Shown in pieces: positions 1 through 14,560 of a stretch of DNA of 64,000 nucleotides (its first letter is position 1; each line of letters begins with the position of its first letter). The notes beneath the pieces were generated by a model. That model saw only the letters and a program-made list of their open reading frames with translations, was not told the origin of the DNA and searched no databases. A program made the position numbers and the translations under genes. Source of the stretch: Eledone cirrhosa (taxonomy: Eukaryota); NCBI GenBank assembly GCA_964016885.1, contig OZ024745.1, positions 40,734,001 through 40,798,000 on the forward strand, written 5' to 3'.

Positions 1-2629
1 ATTAAATTCTTCTTGCCCTCTGATCTTCAGTTTTTATAACAAGCTGAGAGGTTTTGCATTAGCCAAAGGTTAAGGATGTTTCATGCGATTTTTAATAATT
101 GCGGCATTAAATTCATTTGATTTAGAAGAATTATACCAAAGGTTAATTACAAAACATCATTTACTTCTCATTTCTGAGAATGACACCTAGATAACAGAGA
201 TCATAGACGTTCTATCAATGAGTAGTAACTCAGCAGTTGTTTGAGATTTCTCAGAGAGAGCTCTCCGATATTTTCGGTACGAATAATGTTTAAGTATTCA
301 CTATTCGACTAACAATCTATAATTATATAGCAATGCCTCTATTTTTGTAGGGAAAGACTTTTATCATAAGGATGTTGAATTATGCATTATATAGATACGT
401 TTCACAACCACCCACTCTATCTAGAAGGAAATATGTGTTGTGTTCTGTAAATACTTGCTAATGCATTTCAGTTACGTTTGCCAAATGCCTGTAGATGCTT
501 TGAAGAATAGCAACCCTTTATTTATATCAATTTCATTATCGATTGAAGGAATTCGTAAAGGATGATCGAGGTCAAAATTTAATCCATCTTATGATAAAGC
601 CAGTACCACATTTCTCAGAGCATTTTGTGCAACGGTACATCTTTCTAGCTACATCGGACGTTGTCATCCGTCGGTTTTTTTTTGGTTTTTTTTTGTTTTG
701 TTTTAAACATTAGTTAGAATTCTGTAGGATTGTGATATATATTCAGCGCACAAATAATAGCGTGTAGATGTCTTAGTTCCGATGGCATTTCCACGAATGA
801 TGCTTGTGTTATTCTTCTCTCTCATCCATCATAATTCCCGAGCATGTTTCTTTGCTCAGCAGCTACTTAATGGGTATTGTACAGTGCACCGTCAAGTGTA
901 GGTTCATTGAATCTAAATAACAATTACCCGAATTGAAAATGTTCAGTATATTAAGCGTTCACTGAATACAAATCGTATAATATAACCTTGCTGGCCCGGC
1001 TCATGAGAGTTCTACACGCTAGCATTTTCACGAAATTTGTAATGATGAGAAAGATTTGCTGCAGTGATCTGATATAGATGTTTTTCTTTATGGTATGAAT
1101 ATCACAAAGAATGTTTAACTCTCCTTTGTGCTCTATCTCAAGCTTGAATCCCAACCCCATTATGGAAATAGAGATTCTCTTTTCGGATTCCGAAACTCCG
1201 CAGCTATTTAAGCCGCTGTATATAAGCTATATTTCCAACGGTCAGGAAAAATGCTTGTTTTAGACTTCATAATCCCTATAACTAAGACACTCCTTCATGA
1301 CACTTTTCCTTCTAGTATTTCAGCTTCATTCTATTTAAATAGTTAACCACTTTCAGAAGATAAGATACCGTTTATTAGCACCGTTGAAAGCTTAATGCCA
1401 ATACCTTCGGAAAACGAAACGAAAAATAATTGGGTAAACCTACCATATTGACCGTTGATTGGAGGCAAATGAGATCCTGTGGTATATTTCCACATCAATT
1501 CTGAAGCAGTAAAGTCTTCCTCCGTGAGGCTCTGGAATCTCAACCTCCATCGATGCGAATGATAAGATGACTTGTACAAGATGCGAATGATAATATGACT
1601 TGTACAAACGTATGTTTTTGTTACTGCATTTGTCAGTCGCGTGATATAGACGATTAGGGTCTCAAATACAAGCATAATGGAAGTAAAAAGTATCTACTTT
1701 TGTGACACCATTACTTAGCATTTCTGCAGCAAAATATATTGAGTTGCACTTGTCTGTTTATACAATATATTTATTATTGTTTCTTTTATAGTATTAATTT
1801 GTATTTGTAATATATTAATTATAACGTATTTATTAAAATGTATTTTATTCTTTTCTTTTTTCAATTTCTTGTTAAATTTGTCCTGGTGTGCTTTTCCAGT
1901 CTGTTCAACAAACATCTCCTTACATATTATTATCTTTTAAATCTATGTAATATCATTTCCCTTCGACCTGCTCTCTTTGAATTTGTATCTTCTTCAGTTT
2001 CAATTTGAACCTCTCTCATTCCCTATTACACCAATATATATCTGAAACCTCTTACGGGGTATTTAAGTATCTTTGTCTATTTAGTTCTCAATTTGTATGA
2101 AATCGTTCTTCAGATATACTTGACCAATAGCTTCTGACTCGTTTGCTTGCTAATCTTTTCTAGACAAGAGAAATCTCTGCCATAATGGGTGAATTAGAAG
2201 TAGAAACACAAATAAATCTTTGCTATTGTCTGGAAAACATTTCGTTAAATATATTTAATATATAAACTAACATAAAATTGATATTATAACATGACATGAT
2301 ATAACAACATTAATAGACAAATATAATACTATTGATTGATTTCTGCTCCGCTCTGTTGATTTATGATAGTTTTGATGAAGAAAGAAATAACTTTATAGTT
2401 CATAGAAATGCATTGTTCAAGAAGAGATTATATTTGTTTTCGAATTGTTACATTCTTATATATGTTTGTGTCTATGTTTGTTGTATATGGTATATTGTGT
2501 TACAAAGAAAGAAATGCAGCTCTCAATAAATAATTGATTGCAACAATATTAATGACTGTAGGCAAACATATCTAGTGTTTAATCAGTACCTTACGGCAGT
2601 AATTGATAACAATTTCGTTTCTTAGTTAA

Positions 2630-2800
2630 ATGGGTACTATTTTATGGCAGCGAGACATGGACACACATTAAACGAACGGATAGGAGTATTAATGGTTGTA
2701 ACAGAAGCATGTGACCATTGATCTGAAGTGATAGTAGCACGACAAACGGTTCAAAAGCTTCTAATATTGAGCTAATCACAGGGAGCTAATTTCATCATTC
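2630..2800 (+). pseudogene. Highly decayed RTE-like LINE RT C-terminal fragment
   Basis: Manual translation VLFYGSETWTHIKRTDRSINGCNRSM resembles the RTE motif LLYGSETWTL...GCYTRML, also seen at 29.5 kb. Confidence 0.4.
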
Positions 2801-2952
2801 AAAGCTAGTGCTATAGAATATATTGCAGGCTACCGGGCGGGAATTGATCATTATTATTTTTAAAATCAGGGTCTAATGTAAAACTAATTTAATATCGTTG
2901 AGACATTTCAAAGTGGTGGTTTCATTTCAGGTTCAACGATAAACATAGGACG

Positions 2953-3012
2953 GACACACACACACACACACACACACCCACACCCACCCACCCACCCACA
3001 CACACACACACA

Positions 3013-3102
<90 letters not shown>
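2953..3102. repeat. (CA)n/(TA)n microsatellite
   Basis: Directly visible dinucleotide arrays. Confidence 0.95.
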
Positions 3103-3105
<3 letters not shown>

Positions 3106-6100
3106 TATGTTTATCATAGCAGGGATTGGGCTAGAACTGGGAATCTACTCTCTGCTAAAGTGCCTCAAACGGCCTGCATTTTATATAATCTTTAACAGCC
3201 AAACCCTACCTTCTGGACTTCTCGGAGCGAAGATATTTCGAAATGATATGAAGGGTCAAATGCAAGTTACTTGCACTTTAAATCAATTTCCCCGGGTACA
3301 CAGATCATGTTAGCCTTCTGCCTAAGAGAAAGGTCAATCTGAATTCGAAATGAAAGTAGACAAGACTCATTGTCAATGTAGGCATGAATTCTAAGTGTGG
3401 GGAGATCTAAAATGCGACATGCGGTTTATGTGATTACTGATCAAAGTATCTAATCTTACCATCAGATAATAATTAATAAGATTTAAAGTGTTACTCCTGG
3501 TGCAGCAACGTTTGTCATTGTGACTCATAATGGAAAGATATATATTTTGCTATATTCTCATCTGTTATTCTATCTATCCAGGCGAAGTAGGTGAGGACTA
3601 TGATCACCTGGCACCATATAGACTTTGGGCCTATAGATGCTGCCGCTATTGGCCTGTTGCATAATGGTATGTTCGGCATTGAAATATCGTTTTGCCAAAA
3701 GAAGTCACTCCATTTTCAAAAGAACATTAGATAACGTTATATGTATTATAGAAATATTGTTTCTTTAAATATATATATAACATAGAAAATTATATTTGTA
3801 GGAATCTAGTTGATACGGTGATTTTTAATATTAGTGGTTATTCCTAGAATACTAGATTAAGGTTATGTCGGTGGTATATATCTCCCCAGAAACGGCATAA
3901 CCCAATAAACCAACGTTAGAATGTAGAAATTAAACGTCGAATTATTTATATGTGTTTTTGTGAGAGAGAGGGGGAAGGATGATACTTTAAATTATTTTTT
4001 CTCTTATAATCCTTCTGCTCTCTTTACCCCACTTTCTCACTCTTACCTCTGTTTCTAGTTTGATCACCTCCTACTACGCTATATATAATATAAAAATACA
4101 CACATTGGAAATCATACTAAATCGTTTAAATAAGATGCAGGTAAAAGATAAACAAATATCTAAAATAAATATTTTCATTAAATTCTCCATTAAGTTAGAT
4201 GAAGTTAGTTTGCCAGAAGTATCAAAATGTTTCCATCTCAAAACATTCTTTGTTTAGAGGGCAATGCATAAATAGTTGAGACGGCAATCTAGTGGTTATT
4301 GATTTAGGTTCAAGTCTCAAAACTAAGGCTCGGCACTTTATTTCACTTTGACGGAGAACATTAGTACCATCGACATATAGGGTTATCCCTGCGTCGGACT
4401 AGCCTCCCATCCAGCGGTCACTCTTGCACTTTCCACTCGCTTACGCTCACGAGATCAGGATAAGATTTGCACTTCGCCCAACCCTTGCAAACCTGTTAGA
4501 ACTGACATAATATTGTAACTGTAACTTACAAGACTTATCTATCGAGTTACACCGTGCTCTAATCTGTTTCATATACACGATATCAACACTAGCATCCAAT
4601 GATTTTTGGATGGGGCACACCATGGTAGTTCTGGAAGATTATGTGATACTGTTAAACCAATATTTGAAAATATTTCTCACAGTGAGAAAGAAAGACAAAG
4701 TAATTTTATTTATCAACCCGTAAATATATCTCGAGGATGTCAGTTCACCTCTGCTTGATTTCATCAGCGCACGCAGAAAGGCAGAACGAATGCACCAAAG
4801 CATTCCATACGACATTCTAACAACTCCGCAAATATGCCTTCTCAAGTTATGTATTATTACTGTTGGATTTTGTCGTGTAGGTATGTAGGTGTTCATTGTA
4901 TCCAGGATGGACGGAACTAGTAACTTTGATGATCGTGATCACAATACAGTGTGTAATGAATGCTCCGATTTGTTTGAAATTACAATGGGGTTTAAATAAT
5001 GTTAATATAACCAAGGATGAACAGAACGTTATGATAGAAGGCACTTACACAAAAAACTACACAGTTATCTGACTATGAAATAATGATGTATATCATACAT
5101 AATGTTCATTGCAATTAAGCATATCTTTCTTGGTATACTAAATTTCGTGATGTAATTCGATTAATCGTAGCAGATTAATCAAGCATGCGTCATCCATTTG
5201 CAGCCATTGCGAAACAATACATAGAACATCGAAGCTAACGAAGAAGCTGGGAGAAGGTCCTCCTTGGGGGAATATCGCACGTCAGAAGAAAAACAAATGC
5301 ATTCAACAAAAACATTTCTGCACATAAGAGTTGTCTCCCATAGATAAAAAAGAATTGAAAATGAAATCGTTCAAACTGATAGGGAGAATGTTGTATTTGT
5401 TTTGAATGTTTGGTTTCTTTTTTCGCAGCGGTTGATGGTTGATGGTAAACGATAGATTAGTCAGCTTAGTTGCCATGCATATTAAATCATATTTATATAT
5501 AATCATTCCAATTTTTTAACCTATTGCGCTTATATACACACATGCATTCATACATACATGCATACATAGTGGCTGCCAACTCGTTTTCGAGTACGGCCAC
5601 TACTTTATATCCATGTAGGAGAAACCCCACCGATGCGCTGAACGAGTGTGATTTTTAGTCCAGCCAGCGACTTGAAAACTCTGGTACAAACACTACACTT
5701 GTGACAATTATTGACACATAGTGCTGGGCCCATGGTCCCATGTGACGACAAGTGCAGAGAGATCTCCAAATATAAAGCAATGCCTGTGCCGTGAAGCTTT
5801 TATAGTGAGCAAAGGCACTGCACAAAGCCAGTCTCACTCTCTTAACCAAGATGGTATTTACCAAAAAGAAGAACAAGTCAACATCATTTGATACCATCAG
5901 GGTTGCAGGTGTTATATCAGACTTTTCCTTCTCCTAGAATTCTGCCTTGACACAAAGGCTAAGTGGTCATCTCTCCCGGTGATTTTGGATGGCCATTGAC
6001 TCTTAAGAGCTCCTTTGCCCTTTGACAGGTTTTGTTTTTAGTCCTGCAGGATGTCCAAAGTCACCCTCCTCACCAAGAAACCTTGGTGGGGTTGCCAGTT

Positions 6101-7439
6101 TAGTCGCCAACGACCCGACCATGAGACAGGTTGTACTGGGATACATGTTACCAGTAGCACTAACTGGTGACCTGCATACATAAGGACATAAATATATACA
6201 TACTGACAGATGTGTATTGGTGTTTCAATATCTATATATGTACAATATATATCTATATATGTACAATGTACAAAGAAATCATATGTAATATGAAAGGAAG
6301 AAAACAAACAAAGACAATTAAAGAGAGAAAGGAGGAACTAAAGAAAGAAAAACGAGTGGAAGAACGAAATGAAAACGCAAGGGAAATAAAGGGATAGAAA
6401 TATAGAAATATAGATAGGAAGAGAGAATGAAACATAGGAATATAGAACATAGAATAAATGAGAATGAAGAACTAAATAAACGATAAACGGAATAAGGTAA
6501 GATACTATTTAAGAAGAGTGTGATATAGTATTAAGTAACCTAATGACAAAGAACGGCAGAGAGATAAGAGATTCAGTTAGTGTCATACAGATAAATGAAC
6601 ACAGACAATGTGTGTTTGGGGAGAGAGAGAGTGAGTGCAGAGAGACAGAGAGAGGGGGCTGCACTATTGAATTGTATAGACATATATTTGTGGTTCTGCT
6701 AAAATCAGCCGAAACACAAACAGACATGTGTGACTGCCGTGTTACCTCTCTCTCTCTTGAAATCCTGGAATGTATCATACATTTTAAGTACACGATATTT
6801 CAACTACCAATTTATTTCAATATTAAAACCTGAATGTTTGCACAAAGTACGATATATATTTTTTCTTGAATATTCTAAATGAAGATAGAAACCTACACAC
6901 TCACATGAACACGCACAAAAAATAATAAAATAGAGAAAAAGAAAAGTTAAGTAACATGATAGTCACTACAAGTCTTCAATAAACACAACTGGCATGATAA
7001 TGAAATTGACATTCTTATGAATGCATGATTTAATTTTTCCTAAACTGAAGACATAGATGTTTCATGTCTGAATTATATTGCAAAAAGAATTGCCGAACTG
7101 TTCAATAAGCGATCAGAGAAATTGATACAAAAAAAAAAAAAATATTCAAGCACATAGAATTTCGTTTAAATAAATCCACATACATTTTTAAAAACATCGC
7201 CATGTATATTATTAATTTCTCTACAAAAATCTAAGATGAGAACAACAGCAACCACAAAACCAACACTAGAAACAATAACAACAGCAACAATCAAATCAAC
7301 AAACCAACAGAAAGTTTAACCACTGTCACTCCTCAATACTAGCACAATAGAAGTCCTATTAAATGACCTTATTCACATACCCGCTATTCATATGTTCATC
7401 TTCTGAGTATACCTCAATTTAATGTCACTGTAAACGATT

Positions 7440-8400
7440 TGGGAAAGGTTCCAATACAAATGTTATACAACTTGATTTCAGTACTGCCATTGGCAGAGTT
7501 GATCACAACATCCTTTTGAAGAAACTATCGAAATTGGTGTTTTGGGGAAAGTACTAATTAGGATTAACTATTTCCTAGTGAACACAACACAGCAGTTTTT
7601 GAACAGAGTGTAAGAACTCGTTGAGCAAAAGTCATTAATGGTGTCCCATAAGGTAAACTTTGGGGCCCACAATTTCAATGATATCATAGAGGTTATCAAG
7701 CTCAGTAAATCAAGACACTTTGTAAATGATTCCTAAATCCAAAAGGGCATCAACAGAGTGGGTGGCCGTACATGCCTTGAAATTTCCTCTGTTCCTTGTT
7801 ACTCAATGGGCTAGAAAAGCATAGCCTAATCTACGTCGGAAAAGAGGTGAAAACCTCAAGGCAATTAACATAACTAAAGACTTTGGAGTAGCTGTCTATA
7901 ATAAATTAAGCTATAGTAAACCTTCAAGTTGCCCAACCAGGTTGGAAATGTGTCTGGATTGTTAAAACTCTTTGGTTTAAAGATATGCATACCAATATCC
8001 TTCTCTTCACTACCTTTACTACAGTTCCCCCTGGAAACTGCTATCCGCTTTTTTCTCTCCACACGAAACAAAGTATTGTGAAAATCAAAGCAACCCAGAA
8101 GTCAATTACGAATAGGATAGACAGCATGACAATTCTTGATTACTGTGTTCGCCAAGAAAAGCTAAAACTCAACTCTGTCAGACGCTGCCGCGAGAACTAC
8201 ATTTGTATCTGGGAATAATCTCTCAACATCCTCCAAGTAATATTGGCATCAACTTTAAAAATCCACACATGGCTTGATCTACGCGCTGCCCGTACACTAC
8301 AGGATTCGACCTTGCATCATATATCATTAATACCGCACCTCTTTTTCATCTTAGCTGACCCTACTCTTTTTAATATCATACCAAAATAAATCAAGACAGT
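7440..8400 (+). mobile_element. Old degraded CR1-like LINE RT fragment
   Basis: Visible similarity to the copy at 60.6-61.7 kb (e.g. cacacgaaacaaagtat, ggtgtcccataagg ~ GVPQG); many stops and indels. Confidence 0.7.
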
Positions 8401-9535
8401 AGTACTGTTTTCATAGAAGTTGTATAAATGCGAATATTGACTAGAACTTAATAAAATATATTAGAATTTTAATATATAGCGATGACGACATATGACCTCA
8501 AGCCATGCGCATATATATCTTATGGACAAACAGACACATGTTTTTAATACTGGATTTATTATTTCCAGAGGTACCTTAGGAACAGTGAAATAATAATCTG
8601 AAATCTAGTTTGCTGCACAGAATATATCGCAAACACACCGACGTATGTGTATAGATACATGTACGCACACACGCATACAAATACAGACACACACGCAGAC
8701 GTACATACATTTATATGTGTGTGTGAGTCTGTATCAGCAGAAAGTCCGTGCTTCTACCGTTCTTCTGCTAGTATAAATATGTGTGTGCATGTTAGTATGT
8801 TTTTAATGTATCTACCAATATATACGAATGCAGGGAAAGGAAACTACAATTTTGGCATGCAAATGATACGAGCTCACACCAAAACATTTTGTCTCCCGTT
8901 TTATTTATTTTAATAATGAGACGTTTATACTCTATAAAATTGTGAATCTCCAATGAAATTAAGGGAAGACGGGATAGGAAACTGTAATAAGTAGATCTAT
9001 AATTGAAACATGCAGCACAACACTTTCGAAAATATTCGAACCCATACAGATTTTCGAATATATATGAATATATTTAGACATATGTGCATGCATGATTACA
9101 TATATACACACTAGTGTCAATACCATATGAATCAACAGTACTCCTTTTTTGTAGTTACATTTTGATAAATTATAAGTATGGTTGTACTGCTTTTAAATTG
9201 ACTTTCCGGAACTTGGTTTTGCATTCGGTGAAAGCAAATTTCGGAATATCCTGCACAACAAACTCATAGTTTTCTCGGGTTGTGGCTAAACCGACCGAAT
9301 TGCAAAAGCGTCAATCGCTTTGCTCCCGTCTCTAGAACTTAAAGCTGGAATCTGCTCGGTACCTGTACAGGCAGATCCGTGCCGTCAACAAAGTCTTAGT
9401 CTTTTATTGGAGGGATCGGTGAAACTGCTCGGGGACCAGTTTGGACCTGGACATCCAGCAATTTAGGTACGAGGACGAAGTAACAAACGGAGCAGTGTAG
9501 TCCCTCTTATCCGTTCGTTGTCTCCGTCGTCGTCT

Positions 9536-9540
9536 TAGTA

Positions 9541-9610
<70 letters not shown>
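9536..9610. repeat. (TAG)n microsatellite
   Basis: Directly visible. Confidence 0.95.
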
Positions 9611-9612
<2 letters not shown>

Positions 9613-10659
9613 TTGGTGTTGGTGGTAGTTTAGTATGATTGGAAAACATGCATGAGCATGTGTATGAATGTTTTTATATGCATGTGCTTGGATCGATCAA
9701 TGATTTAAAACAGCACTTACGTTCTTGATAAACACTCTCCTGCCTCGCTCCTCGCCTTCCCTCATAGGAATAAAACTGTTCTTGTGTTGCTGCTACACAT
9801 TGCTTACAGCAAGAAACAGCAATATGAAATAATTATGTTCTAGCACCAATTTTGTAAATTAATATCAAATTAAAAGAACAAAATCGTAATTGCTTATTGA
9901 GGCTGAGATGCAATCTTTGAGTAGTTGTTTTAATAGTGATACAATCTCGTTTATCAGTAATGTCAACATGTATAAATTTATAGAACACCATGCGCGAAAG
10001 TCCTCTGAAAATGAAACTCTAATTCAATGAACTTGTTGAACTTTCTTAAATTGTCTTTCGATAGAATTCTAAAGAAAAGGGGAAAACCACAACAAATTAA
10101 TTATACACTTTGAATATTTCCCAAAAAATAAAAATTTTTTTTTTATTTCACTATGTTAATTACTTGCGAAACCTCTCCAAAATGCGAATTGTTCTTCTAG
10201 GAATGGCATCAAAATCTCTCTGAAAAATTGGGACGGTGAATAATGACCACATATGATGACTTTGTAAAATCCTAAACATTTCATGACAAGATGAATTATT
10301 ATTCAGTGCTGTCACTGTACTACTGAGTTGAGCATAGTGTAACATGGGTATGTGCAGGGTCATGCTTTTGTACTGTCATCTTTTTTATAATTTAACTATT
10401 CAAAGTAATATGTGGGCGGATTGATTTCAGTGCTTAATTCAACGGCATGCCATGACTCGGGAGTCATGGCAACAGGGGTGAAGAGTTGCGAAAAGCTGAT
10501 AGCAGTCACTTAAATACGAGATGTGATTACTGGCTGCGTGAGAAATAAATCAACTAGTTTAGATGATCCACGTTACAAGCATTTATGACAGATTGGTTTG
10601 GTGAGCACTTTATAGATGTTTCCCACAGCTAGCAGCAGAACAGGAGAAACCTCGTCTCA

Positions 10660-11179
10660 CAGAGTCCAGGAGCACGTTTGACAAAAAACCCGAACAAACG
10701 AGAACGTATCAATGATTTCCGGCAGTTTTCATTGAACATATCCGCAGCAACTCCCTCCTTTTGCAATACCTCATAGAGAATGTAGGTAAGGGCCATGGCA
10801 CCAGTGTGACTCTGAATAAGTCAGATTAATTGAAAGATTTTGATCGGGTCGAACATCAGAACATGACGTCTATCCTCTTTGGGAGCCGATTTCACACATA
10901 TCTTCAGAGTATGGAAAGCTGCGATGGACAGCGGCATCAACGCGTTGCTCAGATAGAAAGGCAAAGTTAACCTCAAATCCCGCCGAGGTTAACTTTGCCT
11001 CTCATCGTTACGGGGTCGATAAAATAAAGTACCAGTAATACACTGGATTAATTGGTGGCCTTGTGCCAAAAGTAGAAACAATTATTAACGTTCGCTTGTT
11101 CCGAAAAGGCTGTTTCCTCTCGTCCCTTCTGCATCTACTCTCTCTCACTGTCTCTCTCTCCGCCTCTCTCTCTACATCC

Positions 11180-11257
<78 letters not shown>

Positions 11258-11900
11258 ACACACACTCTCTCTCTCGAACGAACGAACGAACGAACGAACA
11301 AACGAACGAACGAACGACAGCAGAAACTAAAAATGTTGAGGGGCATGCCCCTTGAATGGATATATGCTGACGACTTTACCGTAGTAATATGAAGTTCAAT
11401 ATAATACGAGTCCTTGACACAAGGGAAACTTAACCAGGAAAGGTCAGTGAGTCTGCAACTCAGCACCTGGAAAGGGAGGGCCATGCCCTCCGGCATCATC
11501 ACGTGGCGCTAGAATAACAAACCGGTTAAATAGTGTTCCATATGTGTTTTGGTCCACCACCACCACCCACATTGTACAAGTACTGTGAGTTGACGAGCTT
11601 GGTAATTAGTACCACCTATAAATAATGAAGATGTCGGTAGCCCTGAAGCCGGACATAGTTGGCGAATGATTAAATTTCATCCGTCATCTATCACTGATTG
11701 ACATTCGTGGTTTTTCCTTGTTCCCATCTAACTGAACACAAGCGCGTGCTATTTTGATGTTGTGGAAGGGGCACATTACACTGGCCAAGTGCTCTATTTA
11801 CTGTCATCGTCCACTGCAAGGAGACATAGGCATATTCTGGCTGAGGATGCGGATAGATGGGCTGAGGTTGCGACATCTTCTTCATTTTCTTTTACGATGA
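10660..11900 (+). mobile_element. Old degraded Tx1/L1-like RT fragment interrupted by a SINE and (CT)n/(GAAC)n repeats
   Basis: Remnant motifs FDRVEH, YADDFTVVI and NQERSVSLQLSTWKGRAMPS match the element at 18.1-18.6 kb (FDRVDH, YADDVTIVV, NQEKSVGLQLGTWRGRSMPS). Confidence 0.7.
10975..11087 (+). mobile_element. SINE copy (dispersed short repeat), with a small fold-back at its 5' junction (10957-11003)
   Basis: gaggttaactttgcct..catc..ggggtcgataaaataaagtaccag..ggccttgtgccaaaa recurs at 13955, 40305 and in reverse at 38340 and 40060; resembles an abundant Octopus SINE (from memory). Confidence 0.7.
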
Positions 11901-12918
11901 CTATGTGTGGTCACCGTTTCTCAAACGCATCTTTCTCTAGATCGTCTCTTTGACAATTCTGTATCAAGCGGAGATCGATTCAGAGCGCTTGTGTACAATA
12001 ATACTTTCAGTCGATCACACGTCTATCAGTCGGAGAAGATGGTAAGTGTTAATATCACATAACAGCATCAAGATATGCTAATTCCAGCTGTGAAACCATT
12101 AAAACGGACCCAAAGACCATGAATGACTTTGTTGTTGTTGTTCTTGCTGTCCTCATTATGATCCTTATAGGAGTTACGTTTTAACGAAAGACAGGAGGGT
12201 CGCACCATTAATGATATGCTATGTATGTGCTTTGAGTTTCTGTGGGAAATATGATAGGTTTCGTTCCTCCGTTCAAGAAATATACATTGCTACTCTGCAT
12301 GATGTAGTCATCATGCATTGTCGCGTCCTGCAATCTGTGACGTATAACATACTTTCCAATTAGAAATTCCTTCGATTAAAGAAACACATGTGAATGTTTT
12401 CTTTTTTAGAGTCTTAATATTCCTAGTGTACATTAAAACTATGTTTCTATAGAAATAAATGCTAAAAATATACAGCAACATCAAACTAAACAACGACATG
12501 AATAACAATATGTATGTTCACATATGGATATGGGCTAAGGTTAGCGAAATAAGAATTTTGTTATTCAATGAAAACTTTCAGATTTTCTTAATAAATCTAG
12601 CAGAAAAATCAATGTCAACCACAACAGCTTCAGGTTAGGAGAAAACGATAAAAGCATAAGCATATATTATAAGAACCTAGATATTATTTACAATAAAATG
12701 AGAAAAGAGAGTAAATTCAACCGAGGATAATGAAAATGGTTGCTGCAATAAATATTATTTCTACTGTATCAAAGCAAGGTGAAATTGTTCAGGAATATCT
12801 GGAATGAAAAATATTCGTTACTGCTGAAAATCAGCCAGCAGATAATGAAATAATCTCGAAATACACATGCGCGTACATATACACATACAAACACACACTC
12901 TCTGATACACGTGCGCGC

Positions 12919-12993
<75 letters not shown>

Positions 12994-13016
12994 TATGAGA
13001 GAGAAAGAGAGAGGGT

Positions 13017-13052
<36 letters not shown>

Positions 13053-13790
13053 TAGGAGTGAGAGGAAGAGAAAGAGAGAGATGTAAAATATATGTGTTTG
13101 AATTTTGTATGTGTACGTGAATTTGTGTAATGTTGTCTATCCATTCTGATGTTCATCATCGAAGTAATAGTTGGCAGTCTGAGATGAGAACTTCATTACT
13201 TTTATCACTGAGAGTTGATTGTGCTTTTCTAGGTTCATCAACTCATGCTACTTTCCGCTGACTATGAAAAAGATAAATTGCTATTATATAATCTGTTAAT
13301 GTTTATTCACTTATGGTGAGGGGTGAAGCTATTCTTAGCCTTATACATCGTGGAAATTATATATAATTTGTATATAATTTGCTAGCTGATATACTATTTA
13401 GCCAGGTGACAATAACTAGTAAATTACTGTGATAGTGCCAGTTTTACACACAAGCTCTGAACCACCATAGAATCTCAAATGGATAATATATGTTAATGAA
13501 ACAAACGGAAAGACATGCTTCTGCAATTGTGAAGCCATGCATTTATGCACATATACCAGGTGCGGCAGAAAGCGATTTACTGTCAAGGTAACAGTATTTT
13601 CCATGAGTATTTCGATTTTGATTTTCTCCGCACGGATTTTTGATGTCGTCTATGCATTCGGTACAAAACAGTTTTAAAATCGAATTCATGTTTGCTACTT
13701 TGAGACGAAAAATTAATTCATTTTATGAATGAGTGTCAGTCGGGCCATAATGGTAAATGTGAATTTATAATTTGTTTTACATACATACAT

Positions 13791-13875
<85 letters not shown>

Positions 13876-13954
13876 TACCGATTGATATCGATAGTTCCAT
13901 GAACTGATCAACCATGAAACGCGCGTCACACATGAATAGAGTTAGGCCATTTAC

Positions 13955-14120
13955 ATTCTGAGATCAAATCGCGGCGAGGTTAACTTTGCCTTTCATCCTT
14001 ACTTGGACGACAAAATAAAGCACCATTAACACACTGGGTCCATTTAATCGAGTTTCCCCTCCCTCAAAATTGCTGGCATTGTACCTATAAAAGAAACCAT
14101 TATTATTATTATTATTATTG
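13955..14120 (+). mobile_element. SINE copy ending in (ATT)n
   Basis: Same motif family as 10975; box-B-like gagatcaaatc; (ATT)n tail at 14099-14119. Confidence 0.7.
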
Positions 14121-14560
14121 AATGCTATGGTATTGTAAATTTTGACCGCTATAACAATTGTAAATTGTTTAAAACTTTAACCAAATTGTAGACAAAAACA
14201 CCCTCCTCCTCGTGAAAGAGGTCTTTCTGCCCGTTATTTGGCCCTTCGGGGTTAAATAACCGCTTATTGTGGTTTTGTGCCCAATATTTATTTTAAACAA
14301 AAAAAGACATGGCTACGAAAAAGAATTTTCATAGGTCATTCCCACTCATTCCGTCTTCTTCTTCCTCAATCGTCACTACACCAGAGAGAAGATTGTCTCT
14401 CTCCCTCCCTTCTCTAAATGTGTCTCTCTCCCTCCCTTCTCTTTCGCAAGCGACGCCAGTAAAGAAAAATCACGTAGAAAGCGTGCAACATTTCTCCACG
14501 ACGACAACGACGAAAAAGGTGTGCGGGAAATAAGAAAACCCATTTCATTCATCTGACGTC

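Noticed and set aside
600-1700. Possible hAT transposase remnant on the minus strand (TVHC, IRW-like words)
   Set aside because: Too degraded; no continuous frame or terminal repeats I can support.
4380-6180. Higher-GC patches resembling old SINE or RTE 5' UTR pieces (also 37285-37550)
   Set aside because: Boundaries and identity cannot be supported without a search.
11008-13933. Poly-ER/LS/HT/VC ORFs (also at 2.9, 27.1 and 42 kb)
   Set aside because: (GA)n and (CA)n microsatellite translations.
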